Shown: positions 13,161 through 27,930 of the stretch, piece after piece | Numbering within the stretch: position 1 is the first letter of the stretch | Layout of the letters: every line of letters begins with the position of its first letter | The notes under the pieces: model-generated | What the model was told of the DNA's origin: nothing | What the model saw: the letters and a program-made list of their open reading frames with translations, nothing else | The model's database searches: none | Source: the human T2T-CHM13v2.0 reference genome, Homo sapiens | DNA length: 64,000 nt | Assembly: GCF_009914755.1 (NCBI RefSeq) | Contig: NC_060937.1 | Reading direction: 5' to 3' (one strand) | Translations under genes and position numbers: made by a program

Positions 13161-13469
13161 GTGGAAATGGGGTAGAAGGCGGCACAGCTTGGCATTGCTG
13201 GAGTGTGATGTGATGGGAAAAGTGCAGTCGAAGACAAAAAAAGATGTAAGTAGGCTTAACTCAGTGGAGCTAAGAACCCAGATGTTATCTTGAGGGTATT
13301 AACTAATAAGCAGTTTAAATCAGAATGGCACATTCTGATTTGTTTTTTGTATGTTCATATTTGGCAGGCAAAGATACTGTTTGAAGAGAGGAAACTCAGT
13401 AGATAGAGGTAACAAACTTAAATATGTGCCAAGTCTAGAAACAAGAGACTAGGGAGATAAGGACCTTTC

Positions 13470-13630
13470 AAAATAAAATGCAAGATTTGAAAACTGATTG
13501 GCTGGGGGATGAGGAAAAGGCAGGTCTTTAAGGTCAATCCCTGTTTTGCTTTAAGTTGTTAGGGGGTGGTTTTATCACATATTGTAGAATGTGTCATTTC
13601 AGTTTTGAACATCTTGAGTTAAACTGTCCT
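13470..13630 (-). mobile_element. L2 fragment
   Basis: GATTTGAAAACTGATTGG...GATGAGGAAAAGG...TTCAGTTTTGAACAT resembles antisense L2; very diverged. Confidence 0.4.
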
Positions 13631-15599
13631 AACATATCTTATGAATTTGATTTTATTCACTGGGAAGCTAATATTTCAAAAACTGAAAGAGTATAGATTT
13701 CCAGCTTGTGTCCCATTTATAAAATTATCTCTAGGCTACTGGTTTCAGGAGGAGGCTCATGAATATTCTATTTGCAGAGAATATATCAGGAGTTAACAAC
13801 AGCATCAATATTTGTGGACGACCAGTTAACTAAACCACCTCTTAGTGTATTTAGATGGGAAATCTTAGCTGAAGATATTCAATAATGAACCAACAGTGAC
13901 TAAAAAATTCAATATTTAAGTATATTTCATTGTAATTAATTTGAAATTAAGTAGCCATATACAGCTAGTATTTACTACATTGAGCAATGCAAATAAGAGG
14001 ACAAAATTAATAACCATCTCTAATGCCACATGCCAAAATCCTCATCAATTTATTCTAGCTAAAGGAGTTTATCAGAAGCAGCAATTGAAAGCACCAACTA
14101 AACCAGCTGGGGTTAATTCACTGTCATTCTCTCAGAACCATCTCTTCTCTGAACAAAACACGTAGAAGAGTTAATTGTGAATCTCCATTTTCCTTGCCTA
14201 TTTTAAGGTTTTGATGTTGACACTAATTTGTGAAATCCCTCCTGTGGTGTGATATTTCGTTTTCATTGCTTTTTGTTAGGACAAGAATGCTTCAGCTCTT
14301 AATTTAAAATTATGTTTCTCCCTCCTAGGTTGAATGAACTTAGAATGCATTCTCTGACATATCTAAGTTTTTGTTAATATGAATTTGGGGGGAAAAGCAT
14401 ACTAAATTAGCTGAGACTTCTTATTCTAGGCTTGACCCTGTGTTCGACATCTTTTGAATTTGTAGTTGCATAGGATGCTCTCTGACACTGGTTAGTGACC
14501 TGGAAGCTATATTAACGTTAGGGGAGGTGGTGTATGAGCATTAGGGGTATCCTTGCAAGGAAAGACTTGTCTTATCTCAATACGTCTTTTTTTACACACA
14601 AGAAAGTCAATGTTTGAGTCTTCTAAAATCTTCCTATTTCCAAGTTGCAGAGTACCATCGATTCCTAAACAAAGACCTAATTTTTGACTCAGAGACGTGG
14701 CAAGGTAGTGAATCACCATTATAATTTAACAAACTTCAAGATAAAATTATCTCTCTGATATTTAGATTTTGCCCAATAATGAAGATATTTGGGTGTTTCG
14801 TTAAGAATGGAAAACTCTAGTCTCTTGAGCAGAGACTCTAAAGGCCTCAGATGATCATTTATAATTTTATGCTCTTTTCTTTAACACCTTCAACAGAGTT
14901 GGAAGCAGCCAATATTCCCCAGATTTGTTGTGTTTTTTAAACCAAATGCATGGTTCAGTGGTAGAAAACTGGGCTGATCCAAGCTGTTTTCAGTAAACAC
15001 TTCATTTCAGGTGACCTATTTCATATTAAATAATCTCTAGATCCTGTCTTCCAAACTAACTAGATCAGATAACCTACCCTAGATTTTCCCCTTTTAGGGT
15101 CTGTTAGCTGCAGTCACTTTTGTGAAAATGATTACAATGAAAAGATAGAGTTGTAGATGGGGAAAATGTTTTGACTAATTTAAGCATAGTAGTATTTAAT
15201 ATGAGAAGTTAAGTTATGCACGTTTGAAAATTATAATGGAGTCTCTTGGCTGAGCTTTAGAAAAAATAGCATTTAGGCTAAACATGGAACTGCTACCTCT
15301 CCTAAAATCAGAAAGATGTTACAGTAATTCTCCATTCTCTAGAATTATCAGGAAGAACCTTTGTGATGATTTACTTTTGTTCTTGGGAGTGTGAGCCCAT
15401 GTAGTCGTGGAACCATCAATTAGAATGATGGCTTTCTGATCCCAAAGTCATTCGTTCGGAAAACAATATTTTTCATAAATTTGAAAGTGAGAAGGTTTGA
15501 TCTTGCCATTCCCAAGTAACTCTCTTAATAAGAGGCATCAGCCTGCTTCAGTGGCAGCTGTCACCTTCCAGTGCTGAGAGTCATCTTTGAGTTCTCCAT

Positions 15600-16340
15600 T
15601 TCACTCCCTACACTCCAATTTAGCTGCAGTTCTCTTGGCCAGTCCTATGAAATACATCCATGGCCTAACGACTTCTCACCACTAATACCACTCATACTCA
15701 CAGCATTCTCACCTAAGTCACTACCTTTTTTCTCTGGATTACAATAGCCTCCCAATTTATTTGCTCACATAACCTACTTATTCTACACGGTGCACCAGAT
15801 ACACCCCATTGAAATGCAAACACAATCATGTTATTCTCTGGTGAAAGTATCTCATATATTCCTATCGCATTTAAAATTAATTCAGAATCATCCTATGATT
15901 ATCAAAACCCTACATGCTCTTCCAAAACATGGTTTACTTCCAAGATATCACTTCAACTTTTTTTTCACTGTACTGAATTGGTGACTAATAGTCATATTTT
16001 TGTTTTTGCTCAAAAAGTCTTGACTTGTAAATTTTTCAGTTTCTCCTTTATCCACAGGTAACTCTTTCCTCATAAGGTGAATTGCTTGCTTCCTTGAGAT
16101 CTGCTCTCAAAGATACCCTTCATTTTCTACCTAATATTAATAACTTTAATCATTCATTATTCCATTACTATGCTCTATAGTGTATACCATTTCTGTTCTT
16201 TGTCATGTTATTAACTAAATTATTTATTTGTTCCAGTAACGTGTTCCATAAATATTGTACACATAAAAATTATGTTATTTTCAATGCTGTATGCTCAGCT
16301 GCCCAATAACAGTCTGAGGATTAACATATTTGTTAAATGC
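15600..16340 (+). mobile_element. L2 3' end (L2a-like)
   Basis: ACTTCTCACCACT...CTGGATTACAATAGCCTCCC...ATCATGTTATTCTCTG...GCATTTAAAATTAATTC, ending ACATATTTGTTAAATG, the usual L2 3' terminus. Confidence 0.55.
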
Positions 16341-16667
16341 ACAAATACATTCTTTCACAAATATTAGTTTAATAATTTTATATTAAACTCCCTCTATGCT
16401 TACAATATGAATTAGATAATTCAGAATAAACATTCCATTGGAAAAAACTAAACAATTTGTTATAAAACATCCTTAAAAGCATCAGAAAGTTAATACAGCA
16501 ACGAAGAATTACAGGACCAAATTAAGAATGGTATGGAAGCCTGTTTGTGGGGCTTATGTTTGGGTTATCTCTTTACTTTGAGTGACTATAAATCTCAAAA
16601 GAGAACTGAAGGGATAAATAACCATACGTACTAACATGGTAAGGGTATTTAAACATCTCTTAGTAAT

Positions 16668-16822
16668 TGAGAAAATTGAAAGAAAAGAAAAAAGAGAAAG
16701 GGAGAAAGAGAAACAGAGCAAAAGGGATAATGAAGGAGAGAAATAAGAGAAAGGAAGAGGATGAAAAGTAAAAAGGAGGAGGAGGGGGAGGGAGGAAGAA
16801 AGAAATGTGAAAAGAATGAATG
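16668..16822. repeat. GA-rich low-complexity tract
   Basis: Near-pure purine run (GAAAAGAAAAAAGAGAAAGGGAGA...GGAGGAGGAGGGGGAGG). Confidence 0.85.
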
Positions 16823-16859
16823 GTAAAGTTTTTAACAACATAATTTAACCTTCTAGAAT

Positions 16860-18370
16860 ATGAATGTTGGTCTATTTGATGATGTCCCACAGATTCCTTA
16901 GTCTCTGCTCATTTTTTATCTGTTTCTCAGAGTCGATATTTTCCATTTTCTTATCTTCAAGCTCATGACTTCTTCTGTGTGTGCAAATATACTCTTAAAT
17001 CCCCCTGGTGATTTTTTAATTTTCATCATTGTAGTTTTCCACTCCAGAATTTCTGTTATCTCTTTGTTGATAGTCCTACTTTTTAATATTTTTTTCTGAT
17101 TCCTTTATTTCTTTGTTTCTGTTTTCCTTTTGACATTTGAGTATCATTAAGATAGTTGTTTTAAAGTCTTTGTCTAGTAAGTTTGATATCTGGGTTTCCT
17201 TAGAGATATTTTCTGTCAATTTATTTTGTTCCTTTGAATGAGCCATACTTTCCCATTCTTCGTATGCCTTGTAACTTTTTGAAAACTGGACATTATAAGA
17301 ATTATAATTACTATGTGGTTACTCTGTATATCAGACCCCCCCCTACAAACACACTAATGTTTTGTTGTTTTAAGTTTTATTTACTTATTATTGTTAAGGT
17401 TTTAATTTTTAGTGAAATTTTCCAAAGTGATTTACAAAACTGTTTGCTTTATAAGGTGTGGTCACCGAAGTCTTTTTGTTTCCTTAACAAATGTTAAGCT
17501 AATGTTTTGACAGTGATTTTCTTGTATGTCAGGAGCTAAGCAAACAGGCAAATACAACAAAAAAAGAAAAACAAGGAATCATTATCCAATAAAATATGTC
17601 TCTGGGCCATGCAGACTGGCTTTGTGCTGGGTTCTTTAATGCCGGCACAAAGTGTGTGTTCACTCTTGCACTGAGTGAAGTTCAAGTTCACTCTTGCTCA
17701 GAGCTTGAACTGAGGGGAGGGATCTGCCAAGGTAAAAGTGTAGGGTCTTCTTATGACATTTGTCAGCATGTGGCTTAACCTATGCATACATGTGACTTTC
17801 TAGACACTCCCATGTCCGTGAATGATTTTGAATGTCTTAGTTTTCCAAATACTCTTCTCCAACTTTTCTTCCTGTGCTGAAGGTGATCTACTATATGTGT
17901 AAACTCTAATTTTTGCCCTAAGCATCTGTGGTTTGTTAGGTCTCCTTGCATAGTTTCTTAATAATGTCCATTCGTTATCTGTTCTGTATTCTAGCAACAC
18001 AGAAGAAAAAAAAGCCTTTCATTAGTCCTTTAGGTATCCCCCAGACCAGTCAGAACAGACACATAACAATTTGCGGGTAAGATCTTCTCTTGTTCCTCTG
18101 GACCATGGACCAGGGTTCCTCACTGGGAACGTGGGCTTCTGACACTTCAAAACTGCCAATTTGCTGGGGCAAAGGCAAGTTAAAAATGTCATAAAGTTTT
18201 CAAGTTGTCTTTTTCTTGAGTCTGCTTTCACTTGGTTGTTGTAATCTTTTGACCATTTTCCAGAGTTTTGGCAAAGTTTATCGACAGTTTCTCTTAGTTG
18301 TGTGATGTTTCTGTGGGGAAATGAAAGATTGCAGCTGTCTCCACTGCTGTTTTGCTGATGCTCCTCTTTT
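16860..18370 (-). mobile_element. Ancient L1M 5'/ORF1-region fragments, antisense
   Basis: TTTGATGATGTCCCACAGATTCCTTAG, TCTTCAAGCTCA, TTGTAGTTTTCCACTCCAGAATTTCT, TTTAAAGTCTTTGTCTAGTAAG are typical antisense L1M ORF1 remnants; T-rich + strand. Confidence 0.55.
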
Positions 18371-18411
18371 GTCAATTTTTGCTTCATGTTATTATGCTTT
18401 GCTATTAGTTC

Positions 18412-18838
18412 ATGTATTAGTTTTCTAGGTTTGCCATAACCAACTAACACAAACTGGGTGCCTTGAACAACATACATTTATAGTCTTATAGTCCTGGAAG
18501 CTAAAAGTCTGAGATTGAGGTGTCAGCAGGGATGGTTCCTTCAAGGGCTATGAGAGAAAGTCTGTTCTATGCCTTGTTTCTAGCTTCTGGTGGTTTAGTG
18601 GCAGTCTTTAGCATTCCTTGGCTAATCTCTGCCCTCATAATCACATGGTACTCTCCCTGTGTGTATGTCTCCCTCTACTCAAATTTTTTCTTTTTATAAG
18701 GACATCAGTCATATGGAATTCAGGCTCATCTGATTTTATCTTAACTTGATCACCTGCAAAGAACCTATTTCCTAATGAGGTCATATTCAGTGGTTAGGAT
18801 TTCAGCATCTATATAGAGGAAACAATTTAGCTCCTATC
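18412..18838 (-). mobile_element. MLT1 (C/D-like) MaLR solo LTR
   Basis: TGTATTAGTTTTCTAGG...CACAAACTGGGTG...AAGTCTGAGATTGAGGTGTCAGCAGGG...TTTTATAAGGACATCAGTCATA...CCTATTTCCTAATGAGGTCATATTC. Confidence 0.8.
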
Positions 18839-19510
18839 TGTGTATACATGATTGTAATAGCTATGTCTTCCAAAAGCGTTGACCCCCTTATTACTACAAT
18901 ATAAATTTTTAAAATCCTATTCACCTTTTTAATAGTCTATATCGTGTGTTATGAGTATAATGAGTTCAGTGTTCTTATGATTGCTCTTTGCATGATATTT
19001 TTTATCATCTTTTTACTTTCAATCCATTAGTATCCTTGCATCTCCGGGTATATTGGGATCACTTGTTTTAATCCAGTCCGACAATCTCTGCCTCTTTATT
19101 GGACTTTAATCTGCTCACATTTAATATTATAATTGGTATAATTCTATTTATGTCTGCCATTTTACAGTTTGTTTTCTATATTTCCCAAATATTTTTCTTT
19201 ATTTCTTTATTTTGCAATGAATGAATATTTTCTAAAACAGGGAACTTTAGATTACTAATGAATTATTTTACTATATATTTTTGAGAATTTTTGTTGTTGT
19301 TGTAAGTTTACCATATAAGTATATGGAAAACTAGTTATTCAAATCGTCTTCCAATTTATACTAATAAACTTTCAGTAATACATAGAAACATCATTATTAT
19401 ACAAATCTCTTTTATTTCCTCCATTTTAAAGTATTATCACTTTACACATTACATCTATTAAAGTCACAAAGCCAACAATACATTTTAGTAATTATTACTT
19501 TACCATCTAG

Positions 19511-19922
<412 letters not shown>

Positions 19923-20299
19923 GTTATACACATATTATTTTATAAACAATTTATGATAAAGAGAAAACATGCATTTATACTGTCTTTTATAATGTTAATA
20001 TTACCTATACCAGTGTTTTTTAAAAAATGTGCATTCAAATGACTGTCTTGTGTAACTTGTTTTTAGCCTTAGGAATTTATTTTAGTTTTTTTTTTTTTTT
20101 ATATGGTAGGTCTGCCAGCAACAACTTCAGTTAATATTTCTGTTTATTTGGGTAAGTCTTTGTGTTATCTTCATTTTTGAAAAATAATTGCTGGATAAGG
20201 AATTGGTGGCTGACAGTTTATTTTCCTTTGCATCTTTTGACTAGATTATTCTACAGCCTCTTGCCTTCCATTGTTTCTCTTAAGTCAGCTGTTACTCTT

Positions 20300-20762
20300 A
20301 CAAAACATAGGTGCTCAAAAAATAAACATGTGCATGAATATTTACAGCAGTAATATTTATACAGTCAAAAAGTGGAAACAATCCATGTGCTTGTTGACTC
20401 ATAAATGGACACCCAATTTCCAGCTATAACAAAGAATGAAGTACTTATACATGGTATAATATGGGTGAAATTTGAAAGCATTATGTTAAGTTCACAGAAG
20501 GACAAACATTACTTGATTTTATTCACATGAAACATCAGGAATCGGCAAATCAATTGGGATATAAATCAGATTAGTGGTCATTAGGGCTCAGGGAAGCAGA
20601 ATAGGGTGTAACAACTTAATGCATAATGGGCTTTTAGAAGGGACATGATGAAATTATCCTGGAACATTGTGAATATTCTGAAAGCAATTGCATTGTATGT
20701 TTTAAAATGGTTAAGTTATTAATTTCATATTATGTGATTTTTGCCTTAGAAAACAAAAAAGA
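20300..20762 (+). mobile_element. L1MB-like 3' end
   Basis: CAAAAAGTGGAAACAATCC, AAGAATGAAGTACTTATACATG, AGCATTATGTTAAG, CAGATTAGTGGT, TTTAAAATGGTTAA and an A-rich end. Confidence 0.7.
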
Positions 20763-21595
20763 GAAAATAGCCTTACTGTATATACAAAAAACTCAAGATG
20801 TGTTACAAATTTATATGTGAAATCCAAAATACTGTAATATTTAAGGGATAGCTAAGTAGAATAACACTAAAATTTAACATAATGAAATATTTCCTTAAAA
20901 AAGAAAAAAGCACAGTAATTAAAAAGGGAGATATAGTTAATATTTTTTCCCTCCATTAAGCATACCATTAACTGATTAAAAAATCAAGCTGCAATTATGT
21001 AAACTACATTTTCTGAAACCATAAAGAAAATAAGAAATGAAAAGGGATTTGGGAAAAAAATCCAAAGGTACAGTCAACTACACAAAAAAAGCTTAATCTC
21101 ATTAATCATTATGAAAATGCAAATTGTAGTTGAAATAAGATAAAACTACAATTCAAAGAGAAAGCCTAAAATTTCAACCCCCCCAAAATTCTGGGTTTTG
21201 CAGAGCTGGGATGGAATAGGGCTCCTAACCTTACAACAATGTAATAACAAAACTAAATTCAAAGTCATGACTTTATTTTTATAGCAACCAGGTTGCCAAG
21301 AACTGAGTCAAAATGTCAGGGAAAGCAAGCACCTGCAAGGAGAAAGGGGACAGATGCACTTACATAGGACAGATGCAAATAGACACCACTATGACAAGTA
21401 AAGCTGGAATAATCAATAAATTCCTAAAGACAAAGTGGGGCTGGTCAGATTGGGAGATGACTGACAGCTGCAGAAGTTGGGAAAGATCCATCATCTTGAA
21501 AACTTTTTCCCCACAAACCCACTGTGATCTCTCAAGCAATTGGTAAGGAATCCAAGAGAGTCTGTATATGATACAGATCAGGGAGAGCAGAACAC

Positions 21596-21875
21596 TTGGG
21601 AGGTGACCAGGTCTTGGGGGCCGAGCCCTTTTGAATAGGATTAGTGCCTTTATAAAATAAGCTCAATGGAGTTCTTGTGTGTCTTCCACTACGTGAGGAC
21701 ATAGAAAGAAGGCACCATCTATGAACCATGAAATGGGCTCTCATCAAAACTGAATTTGTGAGCATTTTGACCTGAGATCTTACAGCCTCAAGAAGTGTGA
21801 AAAAAGAAATATCTGTTGTTTTTTAGTCACCCAGTTCATGTTATTTTGTTATAAGAATCCAAATAGACCAAGATA
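21596..21875 (+). mobile_element. MLT1A-like MaLR LTR (partial)
   Basis: GGATTAGTGCCTTTATAAAA...GTGAGGACATAG...GAAGGCACCATCTATGAACCA...TGTTGTTTTTTAGTCACCCAG...TATTTTGTTATA...AATAGACCAAGATA. Confidence 0.75.
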
Positions 21876-22099
21876 TTCCACTTAATATGTAGGGGAAGGT
21901 AACAAAAACTGACACACCTAGAATACTCATGATGCTGGGAGTATGAAAACAGGAAAAACAAAACAAAACTGCTCTTGAAGGTGAAGGAGGAATATACTGA
22001 GCTCACCAACACAGCCAGGAAAAGAACAGAAGTGTGAGAAGGCTACATTCCTGAGACCCTGAGAAAAAGTACCTGCATAAGACTGAGATGAAATTACCT

Positions 22100-22780
22100 A
22101 CCCTAGTTATAATTGAAATCCCAAAAAGAAAAGAGGAAAAAATAATGGAGCAAAAGAAATATTTTTCAAAATAACTGCCAAATATATTCTAAAAGAAGTG
22201 ACAGAAAATCAAATTTTAGATATAAGAAACTCAGAGAATGTCAAATAGAACAAAAATAAATAAGAATTACATCTTGGAAAATCTTTAAAAAATCAACTCT
22301 AAATTTTATATCTTGCTCCAAATATATAGAGATATAAATAGTTTATCATCAAGATATGGAGAAAGCCATATCATGGAAACACTAAAATAAAGCTGCGGAA
22401 GGACGACATTGATATTAGACACAACAGAGTTCAGAACAAGAAATAGTATCAGAGATGAGAGATAATAGATAATATAATAATCAATTCTCAAGAAGATGTA
22501 AACATCCTACTAATTAGGGTATGCAGCTAACAAAAGAACCTCCAAATACATGAGGTAAAACATGAAAGAATTCAAAGGTGAACTAGAAAAATCCAAAATT
22601 ATATTTGCAGACTTCAAAACTTTTGTCTTAGTAAGGGACAGACTAGGCACAGACTCAGTAATCATATGGAAGATAAGAACAATATCACCAACAAGACACC
22701 CAATCTTCAATGGCAGATACTCTTTCCTTTCAAGTGAAAAAAAAAAAACAGTATGGCATATACTCTAACAAACCCAGAAT
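22100..22780 (+). mobile_element. Degraded L1 fragment including the ORF2 endonuclease region
   Basis: ORF 22562-22768 begins MKEFKGELEKSKIIFADFKTFVLVRDR, which resembles the L1 endonuclease segment ELKGEIDKSTIIVGDFNTPLSVIDR; the upstream TATGCAGCTAACAAAAGAACCTCCAAATACATG resembles YAPNNRASKYM. Confidence 0.65.
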
Positions 22781-22796
22781 TTCTAATATTTGCGGT

Positions 22797-23275
22797 CTTC
22801 CTTCCTTCTTTCCATCTTCCATTTTCTCTTTCCTTCCCTTGCCTTCTTCCTTCCTTTCTTCTTTTCCTCTTCCTTTTCTTTTCTTTTCCTTTTTCTTTTT
22901 TTTCTCCTTCCTTCCTTCTTTGCTTCCTTCTTTCTTTCCTCTGATTCTTCCTTCCCTCCTCCCTCCCTTCCTTTCTCCCTCCCTTCTTTTCTTCCTTCTT
23001 TTCTCTTATTCTTTCTTTCTCACTTCCTTGCTTTCTTTCTTTTTTTCTCCCGTCCTCCCTCCCTCCTTTTCTTCCTTCCTCCCTCCCTTCCTTTCCTCAT
23101 TTTTCCTTCCTTCCTTCCTTCCTTTTCCTCTTTATTTTCTTTCTTTGCCTTCCTCCCTTTTACCGTTCTCTCTTCCTCCTTTCCTTCCTCCCTTCCTCCT
23201 TCCTTTCTTTCTTTCTCACTTTCTTTCTCTCTCTGTTTCTTTCTTTCCCTTTCTTTCTTTCTTTCTTTCTTTTTT

Positions 23276-23323
<48 letters not shown>

Positions 23324-23490
23324 GTGTTCTTTCTTTCTTTTTTCTCCCTTCCTGCCTTTCTCCCTTCCTCCCTCCCTCCCTTCCTTCTCTCATTTCCTCC
23401 TTCTTTTCTTTCTTCTTTCTTTCTTTCCTTCCTTCCTTCTTTCCTTCCTTCTTTTTACTTTCTTTCTTTTCTTTTCTTTCTTTCTCTTTA
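22797..23490. repeat. ~700-bp polypyrimidine compound microsatellite (TTCC/TTTC/CT)
   Basis: Almost purely C/T on +, with a clean (TTTC)n core at ~23250-23320; explains the F/L/S/P-rich ORFs. Confidence 0.95.
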
Positions 23491-23577
23491 CTACAATTCA
23501 TATTATTAAAAAAATTAATACAGGGAGGAAGAAAAATAAAGAACATTTTAATCTGCATGTAAATAGATTATGTCTGC

Positions 23578-24386
<809 letters not shown>

Positions 24387-25365
24387 GTAATTGTATCATG
24401 AAAATGAGAACCATAATTTACAACTGCTTTTAATACTGCACTTGGATGTTTGAAATCACGTACATGGAAATGATCTCTATGTGTATGAGGGAGGATAGCA
24501 AATTGATGTCAAAATAACGCAAATACAATCTTAAACTTATTTCTATGTAGGTTTCTTTTAATCTTTGAAATTAAAATGAAATTAAAGAATTATGATATTT
24601 TGATGAAATTAGACTAAAATGAACAATAAGAAAATAAGAACTTACTTGTATTCTTTATATGGTCAGTAAAGAAGTGATAGTGGAAAAAAACAAGGTCAAA
24701 TGAAGGTGATGATTTAGGAAGTTGGAAAGATAGCCTAAACTACAAAATGGTATATAACTAGTGAACACTTAGACACACTGATTGATGAACTTCAGCTTTT
24801 GGATTGGTGAGAGCATAAAATGAGAGCAGCTGAGGTTTGCAAATCTGCAATCTCCTTGTGGAAAAACAGGCGAAAACACATTTCAGCCTAATAAGATTTA
24901 CCTACTAATGAGTCAAGACTTGATCCATTTGTCCTCGTAATTCAAAAGCTAATTCAAATACTGATTTGATATATTGTGTGAACAACCGTTGCTGATTATC
25001 ATCGCATACCTGGCATTCTCTTTTATCTGATATCTAAAATATTTGGTAATTCCTGGACTTTCTCTTTTCAAACCCAGTACAGTTTAATTTCAATCTTAGA
25101 ACAGTTGTCTTTGAGAAATTCTTCCCTCTACTGCATCTGTGAATGGGCATAGCATGGTTACATACGTACTATCACCACAGAGAACATTTGTTGAATTAAA
25201 GCCAAAGTTTAAAGCAACAGCTTTAACTCACTGGTTTTACTAATATTTTCCTACCCAATAGCCACAAAAATATTGATACCCTCACACCTTTTAACATAAA
25301 GCTTGGTGTTGTCTATTTTTCAGGTGCTGTCATCTATATGATCTCAGTATTTTAAAAATCAGCTT

Positions 25366-25674
<309 letters not shown>

Positions 25675-27156
25675 TAAAAATCAGCTCTCATTGATTTCTA
25701 CATAAATATTCACAGGTGATGTCCATGTAGAATTAAATAATAATATATCTGACAATGGGTCCATATGATCTTCAAAATGTAAAATGCCTATCTGTGTAAT
25801 TGACTGCTCAATCTAATTAACGAATATTGATTCAATTCTACTTTCTTGTTCTAGATAAATTATGTAATCTAGCTTTTCGTTTCACTTATTTATTGATAAC
25901 AACAGGAAGAATGACAAGATATCTATTCTGGAAAATTACTCTTGTAGGAGTAAAGATGAAACAAAGATAGAATTGCATGGAAAACTAGAAAAAAGTATGG
26001 TCTTCCAATAATCTATCACATCATATACAAAAGGCCTCATAAAACTCAGATATTTTATCTAAAAATGTTATTTTCATCTTAGGAATGATCAAAGCATGAG
26101 ACTACAATTGTATTAAAATGTGCTTGTATCACAAGCATAGGTGCTAAAAAGGAGGGGAAAATATCACTACTGATATTTTCAATGTATGTTTTACTTTTCA
26201 TCAACATGAACCTCAACTTGATATGATGCAGATTGAAGGAAATCACCCATAATTCCATCTGAAGAAGGCCTGTGATATTTTATGGGAAAATAAATAAAGA
26301 AAATGCTAACAGAAACCCTATTAAGCATGAAGCTCTATGGAGCAAAGACAAATCCAGTGGTGAAAGATACACACTCGAGTTCTGTTTGTTGTCTTGGAAC
26401 AATACGGTTTAGAGGTGACTGGCGGGTGAGGAGAACATATGCGAGTTCACCAAACAGAAAAGTTGAATGAGGCAATGCCTCTTCCTGACCATATCTCTTA
26501 CTCAGATAACTATATAATTTATTGCCCAGTAAAGGGTATATTAAAAAATCATATTAAAAGTCAAGCAGTGAAGTTGTCCAGGGAAATCAAGACTTAACAG
26601 TCTCACTCTGACAATAATGAACAGGGGGATTCCCTCAAGATAGACTAGGACATGACCCCACACTGGCAGGTAGTAGTACCAGAAAAGAACCCATGGAAAA
26701 TCTTTACCTTATGCTTGAGGTAGGGACCAGGCTAAAGTGAAAGCCAGACATAAAATTCTATCTAAAATAAATCCATAATCGAAGAAAATATGTGGTGTAC
26801 AGGCATAAAATGTCTTTACTGGATCATTGAAATAGTAAGATAAATTCAACTTTTTACATTGTTTTCTTTTCCTCCAGTTAGGGCTTGAGGTTTGTCTCTG
26901 GAGAGTGACTGTCAATTGGAGCCCTGCCTTTCTGGGGTTCTGGTCAGGGCGTTGTGGATGCTTAACATGTGCCTTTCACAGGACACTTCCTTACCCCAGC
27001 AGTGGCCAGGTGTGCATCCCACGACCAGGCCTCCCTCTCACAGAACATCTGTTGAGACTAGGAGATGCCTGGTGACTGTTGCCTGACCTGTGTCCTGTGT
27101 ATTTCTGACAAGAGCCACTCTCAGAGACCCTGGCCAGGAGGAGAGTTAGGTTCCAG

Positions 27157-27930
27157 TGTAGGTCAGCTCAGACACATGGAGGCCACAGGACCAAACATGG
27201 GAAATCACAGAAGTGGTTTTATTACTCACAGATCCAGAGAGAAGAGGGTAGCTGAAAAGAGGGTTTAGCTGTGTCCCCAGCCAAATCTCATCTTGAATTC
27301 CCACATGTTGTGGGAGGGAACAGGTTGGAGGAAATTGAATCATGGGGGCAGGTCTTTCCCATGCTGTTCTTCTGATAGTGAATAAGTCTCACAAGATCTG
27401 ATGGTTTTATAAAGGGGAGTTTCCCTGCACAAACTCTCTTGTCTTGTCTGCTGCCATGTGAGACGTGCCTTTCACCTTCTGCCATGATTCTGTGGCCTAC
27501 CCAGACATGTGGAACTGTGCGTCTATTAAACCTCTTTCTTCTGGAAATTACCCAGTCTTGGGCATGTCTTTACCGGTGGTGTGAAAATGGACTAATACAG
27601 TAGCACACCTCATACGGCTGAACAAAATGGGGAAGACGAGTGGGGAGCAAGAGAGAGAAAAGGGGTCTGTGGGACTCCAGCCTTTATTGGGCCCAGAACA
27701 TTACCCAAATATGTTTTCCTCGGGGCTCTAGTCAGTGGGGTGAGTGCCAGCAGGCATATTTCTTGGCTCCTGCTGCAACTGAGCAGGTCACTCTGGCGTT
27801 TGGGAGCTGTCCATGTGTGCTTTGAGGTCTGTGGAGTGAGTCAGGTAGGTTGTATCCAATGGTTCCATAGCTGGTAGTCACCAGGAGGAGGCAACTGTGT
27901 AGGGTCAATATCTGGGCCAGCCACACTGAG
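27157..27930 (-). mobile_element. Old LTR-like element (family uncertain) hosting the THE1 insertion
   Basis: TGTAGG start, TTTATTACTCACAG (antisense poly-A signal region), GAGAGAG tract and GCCTTTATTGGG; sequence continues across the THE1 TSD. Confidence 0.35.
27253..27599 (+). mobile_element. THE1B-like MaLR solo LTR
   Basis: GCTGTGTCCCCAGCCAAATCTCATCTTGAATT...GATAGTGAATAAGTCTCACAAGATCTGATGGTTTTATAAAGGGGAG...GGACTAATACA; TG...CA ends; 5-bp TSD GTAGC (27248-27252 / 27600-27604). Confidence 0.92.

Noticed and set aside
12454-13237. Six-frame Pro/Ala- and Arg/Gly/Lys-rich ORFs
   Set aside because: Produced by the stop-free GC minisatellite; no frame preference.
27332-27342. DUX4 site in the THE1 LTR
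   Set aside because: AAATTGAATCA has lost the first T of TAAYYBAATCA; at best a weak site.
27496-27508. PRDM9 hotspot motif position in THE1B
   Set aside because: Reads CCTACCCAGACAT, several mismatches from CCNCCNTNNCCNC.
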